Origin: Macrostomum lignano
Taxonomy: Eukaryota
Direction of reading: 5' to 3'
Length of the DNA stretch: 64,000 bases
NCBI GenBank assembly: GCA_002269645.1
Contig: NIVC01002145.1
Coordinates: 124,001-188,000 of the forward strand
Shown here: piece after piece, positions 35,573-45,123 of the stretch
How the letters are laid out: each line of letters begins with the position of its first letter
Position numbering within the stretch: position 1 is the stretch's first letter
Made by a program: the position numbers and the translations under genes
Notes under the pieces: generated by a model
Told to the model about the DNA's origin: nothing
The model's database searches: none
The model's input: the letters and a program-made list of their open reading frames with translations, nothing else

Positions 35573-36518
35573 TGCGGCTGGTGCGTTACAGCTTTGTGTA
35601 CCACTATGCCTATAGCGTGAGAGAGCGGACCAGGGCTCACCGGCTGATGAAGGATGATGTGCCCGAGGAGGTTAAGGTGACGGTTTTGTTTACCTGATTC
35701 TTATTTACTTTGGGAGCTGTGCGTTGTATTTGGTTAGACTTTAAGGTATGAGGTAGATGTCAGGTAGATTTCATGTAGATGCCATGTAGATATCAGTCAG
35801 GTAGATGGCAGGTAGATTTCATGTAGATGTCAGGTAAATGTCAGGTAGATGTCAGGTAGATGTCATGTAGATTTCATGTAGATGTCAGGTAGATGTCAGG
35901 TAGATGTCATGTAGATGAGAGATGTCAGGTAAATGTCAGGTAGATGTCATGTAGATTTCATGTGGATGTCAGGTAGATGTCAGGTAGATGAGAGATGTCA
36001 GGTAGATTTCATGTACATGTCAGATAAATGTCAGGTAGATGTCAGGTAGATGTCAGGTTGATGTCATGTAGATTTTATGTGGATGTCAGGTAGATGTCAG
36101 GAAGAGTTCAGGTAGACATCTACCCAGCCATCGGTTGCTATGGATACCGTGTACATCATTGCAGATGCGCCGCAGCGCCGAGGTCGATCGGGTGTTCCGC
36201 GACATCGCCAGCGCCGACAACCAGCTGTCTGTCGGGCAGCGCCAGCTGGTTCTCATCGAAGGCGACAGTCGGCGCTCCGCTGACTGGTGGCGCGGCCGCA
36301 ACGACCAGGGCATCCGGGTGCTGCTGCCCAAGCTGCCGCAGTCTGCGCAGCGAATTCACCAGTTCGACATTCGCGTCGGTGATTTCGTTGCCGCCCGAGT
36401 CGACAGCGCCGGCGCGCAGACGCTGCTGGCCGAGCCGCTGGCGCCGGTGCCCGACGGACCGGCCGGGTTTGCCAGCGCTCTGGCCGAACTGGACAGCTCC
36501 CGCCCGCTGCCGGCTTAG
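35573..36518 (+). pseudogene. Duplicated CDK5RAP1 3' fragment (exon 5 tail 35573-35676 plus intact last exon 36165-36518), copy C
   Basis: Same SNPs as copy B in this segment. Confidence 0.85.
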
Positions 36519-37774
36519 GGGCCCTCCCTCTGCCCTCCCTTCTGCCCTCTCTGCCCTCCTCTCTGCCCTCCCTCTGCCCTCCCCTCTGCCCTCCACTCTG
36601 CCCTCCACTCTGCCCTCCCTCTGCCCTCCCCTCTGCCCTCCCTCTGCCCTCCCCTCTGCCCTCCCCTCTGCCCTCTACTCTGCCCTCCCCTCTGCCCTCC
36701 CCTCTGCCCTCCCCTCTGCCCTCCCCTCTGCCCTCCCCTCTGCCCTCCCTCTGCCCTCCCTCTGCCCTCCCCTCTGCCCTCCCCTCTGCCCTCCCCTCTG
36801 CCCTCCCTCTGCCCTCCCCTCTGCCCTCCCCTCTGCCCTCCCCTCTGCCCTCCCCTCTGCTCTCCCTCTGCCTTCCTCTCTGCCCTCCCTCTACGCTCCC
36901 CTCTTCTCTCCCTATGCCCTTCTCTCACTCTCTCCCCCTCTCCCATTTTCCTTCTCATCCTTTTTGCATATGACCTTTCTCCCCTGACTGACTCCGCAAC
37001 ATAATTTCTAGCGCATTTTTACGAGCAAACTTTCTGCAGGGCTGGAACACCGTTTAACTGAGTTGCTTGATACCATGGTGTGCTTTAAGTCTTACCGGTA
37101 CTGTGTTCCAATGCCTATGACTTCGATTGTTGTCAATCAGTTCTCATTAGTTATAGCTTCACGCATTCAATATTGGCCTGTGAATAATAATACTAAGCTT
37201 TAATCGGCATCATTTGACAACAATTGACTCAGTCAGTCAGTCAAAACGTTGATGACATCATGAAGAAACTAAGAGACTTCGCCAGCTACTTTGAAAGGCT
37301 GGAAGTTCGAAAATGACCAGCTTCTGGTCAACACTGCCCAGAAAACATGGGCTATTGGTTATCAGCATTGCGGCCGTTGAGCAGATTTGCTTTAGATCTT
37401 CACTCTTCAAAGAGGGTGCAGACTTCAAGCCTTTGAGATACCTCATGACGGTAAAGTTTTCTCAGGACCCGTTGGAATGCTCATTTGATGCAATCCTGTC
37501 GCGTTCGGGACTAACAGTCACCCCAATTTGTGCTAGAGGAAAATATTCACTACGTAGACAGAAAGTTATTTTTAAGACTCAAATCTGAAGCTACGAGCTC
37601 TTTACATATGAAACTGTCTATGGCAAAACCTTTAAAATCAAGATATGCCTCAATACACAGAACCTTGAGTATTCACACAATCCTCGTATTTGTGAATAGC
37701 TCCATATTGAGCAGTCTCAGCACTCTCTGCGATTGTCATTTGTCACAGTCAAGGTCACTACCAGCAGCAACAAC

Positions 37775-38284
37775 ATGCACGCACTGCTAGAGGCCAAAGC
37801 CTGTCTGATCCACAGCGCCCTCAGCCGGCCAGTGGATGGCCAGCAGGTGGTGAACTGCTCAGAGCTGGCCAAGAAGCTGGTGCTAGCCGAGGAGAAGGCT
37901 CGCAGGCAGTACATTGAGAACACGCGCAACGCCAAGCTGCGCCCGATCTACAAGCTGGACGAAGAGAAACTGCAGAGCGACTTTCGAGTGCTGAAGTTTA
38001 TCGGTTGCGAGCTGTTCTCGCAGACTCTGCCGGATCATGTGACTAAATCGGAGCTCGTGGACTTTGTCATTACGGTGTACGGCAACGGCCGAGAGTGCAG
38101 CGTGTCCCAGCGGCTGTTCCAGCTGATTGACGGCCAGAACTCCGGCAGGGTGAACCAGCTGGATTTGACAATTTATTGCGAACCGATTCTGACAAAACCG
38201 GTGCTGCAGGAGCTGGCCGGCCTGGGGCAGTCAATTAATTTTGATCAGTTTAAACGGCTCAATATTACTAATGCGTACAAGTAG
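37775..38284 (+). CDS. EF-hand-like protein, copy 3
   Basis: Protein identical to copy 1. Confidence 0.58.
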   Translation: MHALLEAKACLIHSALSRPVDGQQVVNCSELAKKLVLAEEKARRQYIENTRNAKLRPIYKLDEEKLQSDFRVLKFIGCELFSQTLPDHVTKSELVDFVITVYGNGRECSVSQRLFQLIDGQNSGRVNQLDLTIYCEPILTKPVLQELAGLGQSINFDQFKRLNITNAYK

Positions 38285-40701
38285 GAGGGCTTTCAGTTTT
38301 TATTGCAGGGCGGTTAGCAAACAAACAGGCCAGATCAAGAATCTAGCTTATGGCTGCTGGCCAGGTGAGAGGAGATCAGAGATGAGAGAAGAGGGAAGAG
38401 AAGGGAGAAGTGAGAGAAGAGATCGGAGATGAGAGAATGAGTGCTAACACAGGAGTCACCGTGAGAGCACGGCCTAATTAATAATGAATTCATGTTATTA
38501 ACTTACTGCCCCGAGTTCGGGACCCTGCATGCCCTGCTGAGACGATATTTTACTACAACTTTTTTTGCATAATCCACCATTCTGCCATCAAGGTCCAGAG
38601 TAACCGATCAAAATTGACTTGTTTGCATCTCAAAAAAACTGAAGTTTGAAGTCATAAACTATAAGTATTGAAGTCCATTGTTGGCTAAATGATCATGCAC
38701 TGCTTCCCATGGAAATTTCGCGTCCCAATCTCACCCTTGTGTCCTAATCTCACCCTTTCTGTCTTAATCTCACCCTTTCTGTCTTAATCTCACCCTTTCT
38801 GTCCTAATCCCCCCTGTCTTAATCTCCCCCTTCTGTCCTAATCTCACCCTTTCTGTCTTAATCTCACCCTTTCTGTCCTAATCTCACCCTTTCTGTCTTA
38901 ATCTCACCCTTTCTGTCCTAATCTCACCCTTTCTGTCTTAATCTCACCCTTTCTGTCCTAATCTCACCCTTTCTGTCCTAATCTCACCCTTTCTGTCTTA
39001 ATCTCACCCTTTCTGTCTTAATCTCACCCTTTCTGTCCTAATCTCACCCTGTCTGTCCTAATCTCACCCTGTCTGTCCTAATCTCACCATTTCTGTCCTA
39101 ATCTCACCCTGTCTAACCTAATCTCACCGGTCTGTCCTAATCTCACCCTGTCTGTCCTAATCTCACCCTGTCTAACCTAATCTCACCATTTCTGTCCTAA
39201 TCTCACCCTGTCTGTCCTAATCTCACCAATTTTGTTCTAATCTCATCCTTTCTGTCCTAATCTCACCCTTTCTGTCCTAATCTCACCCTTTCTGTCCTAA
39301 TCTCCCCCTTCTGTCCTAATCTCACCCTTTCTGTCCTAATCTCACCCTGTCTGTCCTAATCTCACCCTGTCTGTCCTAATCTCACCCTGTCTGTCCTAAT
39401 CTCACCATTTCTGTCCTAATCTCACCATTTCTGTCCTAATCTCACCCTGTCTGTCCTAATCTCACCCTGTCTGTCCTAATCTCACCCTGTCTGTCCTAAT
39501 CTCACACCAATTTTGTTCTAACCTCATCCTTTCTGTCCTAATCTCCCCCTTCTGTCCTAATCTCACCCTTTCTGTCCTAATCTCCCCCTTCTGTCCTAAT
39601 CTCACCATTTCTGTCCTAATCTCATCCTTTCTGTCTTAATCTCCCCCTTCTGTCCTAATCTCCCCCTTCTGTCCTAATCTCACCCTTTCTGTCCTAATCT
39701 CACCCTGTCTGTCCTAATCTCACCCTGTCTGTCCTAATCTCACCCTGTCTGTCCTAATCTCACCATTTCTGTCCTAATCTCACCCTGTCTGTCCTAATCT
39801 CACCCTTTCTGTCCTAATCTCACCCTTTCTGTCCTAATCTCACCCTGTCTGTCCTAATCTCACCCTGTCTGTCCTAATCTCACCCTTTCTGTCCTAATCT
39901 CCCCCTGTCTGTCCTAATCTCCCCCTTCTGTCCTAATCTCACCATTTCTGTCCTAATCTCACCCTGTCTGTCCTAATCTCACCCTGTCTGTCCTAATCTC
40001 ACCCTGTCTGTCCTAATCTCACCATTTCTGTCCTAATCTCACCCTGTCTGTCCTAATCTCACCCTGTCTGTCCTAATCTCACCCTGTCTGTCCTAATCTC
40101 ACCCTGTCTGTCCTAATCTCACCCTGTCTGTCCTAATCTCCCCCTGTCTGTCCTAATCTCACCCTTTCTGTCCTAATCTCCCCCTGTCTGTCCTAATCTC
40201 ACCCTTTCTGTCCTAATCTCACCCTTTCTGTCCTAATCTCACCCTTTCTGTCCTAATCTCCCCCTTCTGTCCTAATCTCACCCTTTCTGTCCTAATCCCC
40301 CCCTTCTGTCCTAATCTCACCCTTTCTATCCTAATCTCACCCTGTCTGTCCTAATCTCAACAATTTTGTTCTAATCTCACCTTTTCTGTCCTAATCTCCC
40401 CCTTCTGTCCTAATCTCACCCTTTCTGTCCTAATCTCACCCTTTCTGTCCTAATCTCACCCTTTCTGTCCTAATCTCACCCTGTCTGTCCTAATCTCAAC
40501 AATTTTGTTCTAATCTCACCTTTTCTGTCCTAATCTCCCCCTTCTGTCCTAATCTCACCCTTTCTGTCCTAATCTCACCCTTTCTGTCCTAATCTCACCC
40601 TTTCTGTCCTAATCTCACCATTTCTGTCCTAATCTCACCATTTCTGTCCTAATCTCACCCTGTCTGTTCTAATCTCACGCTTCTGTCCTAATCTCACCTT
40701 T

Positions 40702-42656
40702 ATCGCTCTCCTGTGTTCTCCAGGAAGCGGCTAAGCTGCAGAGCTTCTTTGCTGTTTTCTCCAAGCTCATTGTTGACTGTTTCACCACCGGGTACATCCC
40801 CAATACTGGAGGACAGTTCGGGTTGGTCTTCATTCCCAAGCCTGCCAAAGGCGACTATACTGACGTTAAATCCTTCCGCCCCATCAGCCTTTACATCCTT
40901 CTGTATCAAGCTGATGGAGAGACTAATCTTGTGGAGGCTGCGCGACTGCGAGTTAAGGACGGCACCCATAAGTAAGCACCAATTCGCCTTCCAGCCAGGT
41001 AAAACTACCGAGCACGCTTTGCATGTTTATTACCTCAGCCATTAAGAAAGCTATTCTGAGTAAGCAGATTGCCTGTGGGCTTTTCTGTGACGTTCCTTCA
41101 GTGACTCCCTTTTGCAGAAAAAGGTCGACCCAGCATTGTGCGGTGGGTCGACTTTATGATCCGGAACAGAGACTTCTACCCTCATGGATGCCACTTGCAC
41201 CCATACGTTTACAAAGGGCGGAGCGCCAGCCCAAGGTGAGGTGCTCACCCCACTGCTCTGGAATCTCGTGATGGACGAACTCCTGACGGCTGACGTCCCC
41301 AGCAGCATAGTCAAGGCAGGCTACGCTGATGATGTCGCTGCTATTGTCAGTGGCCCTGACACCAGCACCCTTCGAAGCTTGATGCAGCAGTTCGCCGATA
41401 AGGCGCAAGCCTGGGCTACCCGGCACGGCCTAACCATTGGCACCGCTAAGACGGTGTCCATTATCTTCACCAGGAAGCGGAAGTGGAGCATGCGGAACCT
41501 CACCATCTATGGTAAGGACATCCCCCTAGTCAAGGAAACAAAATATCTAGGTGTGACGCTCACTCACGATCTGCGTTGGACCAAGCACGCTGACAATGTC
41601 AAGGCTGATCTCCCAAGACAGTCAGGTGGATATACACCGGTGTTATACTTTGGATATCCGTGTCTTGTGTTGTCCGCCCAGATAGTACAAGTGCTTTCTG
41701 ATCCCCCTCCCCAGATATTCCAAGCATCTTAAAGTATCCGGTCCAGATATCTCAAGCTGCTTTACGTTCTCCGGGGTGCTTTCAGTCCCCCCCCCCCGGA
41801 AGTCACAAGCAGGTTGAAATATCCGGCCGAAAAACTAAGGTTTGCTTTGCGATATCCGGATTGTGATGTCCGGGTAAAACAACGATAATGTATAAAAAAT
41901 GATTTTTTAGAACAAAAAGACTAAGTGAAAGTGTTTCAAGGATGTAAGATTACTGAGTTTGGAATTTTTTTAAACGTTTCTAAATACTATATCTAATTTG
42001 GTGAATGAAATGCCCTGGTTGTTTATCATTGTCCTTTAGTTGGTCACCCCCCCTTTCGACTCCCAAAAACTTTTATATACCAAATCTTCAATAGACCCCC
42101 ATGCTCAAGTTAACCATGATCAAGTTACCTTCTCTGAAGTCATCAGTCAATCGCGCCATTCAAGAGTGGCTGAACCGCGAGCACCAGATCCACTGGAACA
42201 GCTGCTCTGAATATCGGCAAACACGAACGGCAATGCCTGTCATAAACCGGAAAGTATCCAAATTCTAATCTCTCTAAGTAAAACTGATCTCAGGGAGATG
42301 CAAAGTGGCTGCTCCCCCATCTGCCCATTCTGTGATTTAGAAGAGGAAACCTCGACGCACCACGTCACTTTCTGCCCGCACTTCAACGAGGCGCGGAGAC
42401 GTCACCTCGGTCACCCGCGAAGGCTGGACGAGCTCACCACTCCGGACCGGATCCGTGACCTGCGTGCATTCGTTCGGGATTCTGGACGGATGAAGATCGC
42501 AGACGCCACTCTCGAGAGCGCTTCTGCTGCCGGCGAGGGGTGGGCGCAGCCCCAAGGCTAACGCCTTTCTGTGTTTTAGCTTGGGGTTGCGATAGGGGCC
42601 TGGCGGCCTAATCGCGGCGTTCTGCCCCCCGTCGGTAGTAAAGTAAAGTTAGTAAG
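40702..42656 (+). mobile_element. 5'-truncated, frameshifted non-LTR retrotransposon (LOA/R1-like RT plus C-terminal CCHC)
   Basis: GYIPN...[92 protein letters not shown]; 3' (AAGT)-like tail; flanked by TAATCTCACC at 40689 and 42657. Confidence 0.9.
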
Positions 42657-43258
42657 TAATCTCACCCTTCGACAGCAGTACATGCACATATTATAAACTT
42701 TACGAACTAAACACCTCTTTTCTTACTTAAAGTAGTTAAATTGTATCTCAATAGACTTTAAAACTCCCTAAGCCAATACCGGGAATCAGATGATTTTTCA
42801 TAAGCTAAGGACCATTTGATAAATTTTATTTCATTCTTCCAAATTGAAGGCAATAAGCCAAAAGCCCTAAGTGCCGGTCTGCTGACTCTAGCCCTGCTAA
42901 ATAATTCATATTTGAGCAGTTATCATAAAAAGCTGGACCCCATGAAGTCTCTCATAACTCTTGTCTGCAGTCCCGCCCGCGTCTATAGCATTGAGTTGAG
43001 CTGCAGGTATGTTGAGAAGCCCCAGCTCTGCCCTACCTCAACATCGTTAACTCTCGTCTGGAAAAGCAATATTTCAGTGTTTTATTTCGTTGCTACCCGG
43101 AGGGGTAGAAATTATCCCATCGCGACTGGGGGCGCGGGGGTTGTGGCTTCCAGTTATTACATGCCTCACATTTTATATATAAATTTAGCTGCTAGGATTT
43201 ATCAGCTCATTCCAAGCCTCATCCTTCTTTGCTAAGCAATTTAGCAAACAAAAAAGTC

Positions 43259-44281
43259 ATGGGCAATATTTTGACGGCAACTCTGGCACTGCAGGTGCTG
43301 CTGCTCTCGGCCGAATCAACTGCCGCTTGCAGTGCCAGCAGTCGCTGGTGCAAATACCCAACTATCCAGTGCTTGAATGCCAGCCTGGCCCTGATTAAAT
43401 GGCATTCGATGACAAGCCTGCAGAGCTGCTTATTTAAGGCTAGTCGCCAGCCAGACTCAACAGAAGATCCACTGGTGCAGTGGAACGGGCAGACCGGCGT
43501 GTGCTCGATATTCCAATACCAGCAGATATGCCGAGCCGCTAGCAGTGCTGTGGTAAGCGACTGCTCAACTTATCGGCTTCAAGCACTGGCCACCTGCGAG
43601 ACTTCTGTGACAATCGGCTCTCCACTGATTGGCGTGTGGCTGGCCGGTAGGCGGCACAGGCTGAGCAATCTGGTGTGCCAGCCCGAGCCCAGCAATTATC
43701 AATTTGAGAGCACCAATCTGCTTTGGACAGATGAAGGCGCCACCTTTGACGGCTCAACTTCTTACGGTCTGCTGAGGAATGAGCACTTTGTATCGAATAA
43801 TAGTTTGTCAAATTTCACCTGGCTGATCCGGCTGAAGCGGGTGCCAAAAATTCAGCCGTTCATCGAATTCGTGGCCTGCTCAGACGGTTCTCAGGGACCC
43901 CAGCTGTGGGAATTCGACGAGGCCAACATGCTGTTTTTTAATAAAGCCGGGCCATCGTCTGAGGGCACCGATTTCTCTATTCACTCGGACTCTTCGGTTA
44001 TGCCCGGCGACCAGAACACCTGGATTGATGTTGGCATTGCTGCCGGGCCTAGCGATACTACTAGCAGCCTGTTTGCAGGCCAACAAGTGCTTGCTACGGT
44101 TCGAGCTTCGCGAAATCACATCACGCGGCCGTACAATTGCTTCTTTATAGGGCTTGGCCGCAGATTCTCTGGCTCGAGCAGCCGCTATCTGGAGGGAGTC
44201 GTCAGCGCAGTGGCCATTGCCAATGTGAAAATGTCCGAGCTGCAGATGCGACAGGTTTTTGAAGCTTTTCCGCCGCGCTAG
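43259..44281 (+). CDS. Single-exon secreted protein, 340 aa; Cys-rich PAN/apple-like N-region plus ConA/LamG-like domain
   Basis: Signal peptide MGNILTATLALQVLLLSAESTAA; ATFDGSTSYGLL...NFTWLIRLK...WIDVGI...FFIG...YLEGVVSAVAIAN pattern typical of LamG_3 folds (recognised by eye). Confidence 0.7.
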   Translation: MGNILTATLALQVLLLSAESTAACSASSRWCKYPTIQCLNASLALIKWHSMTSLQSCLFKASRQPDSTEDPLVQWNGQTGVCSIFQYQQICRAASSAVVSDCSTYRLQALATCETSVTIGSPLIGVWLAGRRHRLSNLVCQPEPSNYQFESTNLLWTDEGATFDGSTSYGLLRNEHFVSNNSLSNFTWLIRLKRVPKIQPFIEFVACSDGSQGPQLWEFDEANMLFFNKAGPSSEGTDFSIHSDSSVMPGDQNTWIDVGIAAGPSDTTSSLFAGQQVLATVRASRNHITRPYNCFFIGLGRRFSGSSSRYLEGVVSAVAIANVKMSELQMRQVFEAFPPR

Positions 44282-44494
44282 ACGCTTGAGCTGATTCTGA
44301 GCACGGGGCATTGCCATCATTCTCTCAAATGTGTTTCTCTCTTTCTGACTCAGCTTTAAGCACCGAACACATCAACTTATCAAAACTTTTTTATTCAACA
44401 TGAAAACTAAAGTTATCGACACACCCTTACTACTGAATGATGAGAGTAGTACATTTACAAGCCACCAAATTTCATCGAATCTGTTGCTGGCATG

Positions 44495-44810
44495 ACGGCA
44501 TTCGAGCAGTGGTTAGAGCGTCGGACTCACGACTGAAAGGTCGGGGGTTCGATTCCGATCCCACTCGGAACAATCTGTGTCCTTGAGCAACAAGACACTT
44601 AACTCTGCATTGCTTCAGTTCACCCAGCTGTAAGATGGGTGCCAGCATTAGCTGGGATAATTGAGGCTGTGTGTGGCGACCCCCCAGTCCTTGGACTGAA
44701 CAGCCGTACGCAGCCTTCAGATGCGACGCGCAATAGCTGCGGCTGAGCTGTCAGTTGAACACCTGCCTGCCCAAGCACACTAGCTTCATTTAACCAAACA
44801 AACTTACTTT
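44495..44810 (+). mobile_element. tRNA-derived SINE with a CORE (MIR-like) domain
   Basis: A box AGTGGTTAGAGC, B box GGTTCGATTCC, then GTGTCCTTGAGCAACAAGACACTTAACTCTGCATTGCTTCAGTTCACCCAGCTGTAAGATGGG, which aligns to the MIR core GTGACCTTGGGCAAGTCACTTAACCTCTCTGTGCCTCAGTTTCCTCATCTGTAAAATGGG; 3' end approximate. Confidence 0.75.
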
Positions 44811-45123
44811 AAGCAGTCAGTTACCTGAATTTATGGAAGTCGCTATATCCTCAGGCCAAAATATGCGCAAGAGATCACAGCTCCAGGCTACAGAAAAGAG
44901 AAACAAAGAAAGCGCAGAGTAGGCACCGGATTTCTGTCACAAAAATTGCGGCTAAGCAGAGAAATTAGTTGGGACAATCAGGCCTGACTGACTCAACTAT
45001 CAGCCGTTTAAAAGTTTTTCTTCTGCTTTTATTCAGTTTTAAAACTTCCACACTTACTTATACTACTTACAGATCTCAGCGCTTGTAAGTAGTATAATAA
45101 ATAGATGATTAATAAACGCAAAG

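Larger units (their letters stand above)
27787..40700 (+). repeat. Tandem segmental triplication of ~3.46 kb (copy A 27787-32118, B 32119-35572, C 35573 to ~40700)
   Basis: Identical junctions CCCTGTCTGG|TGCGGCTGGTGCGTTACAGC at ~32119 and ~35573; ORFs repeat at offsets 3455 and 3482. Confidence 0.95.

Noticed and set aside
44495-44570. Functional tRNA gene
   Set aside because: Acceptor and anticodon stems do not pair, and it continues into a SINE CORE domain.
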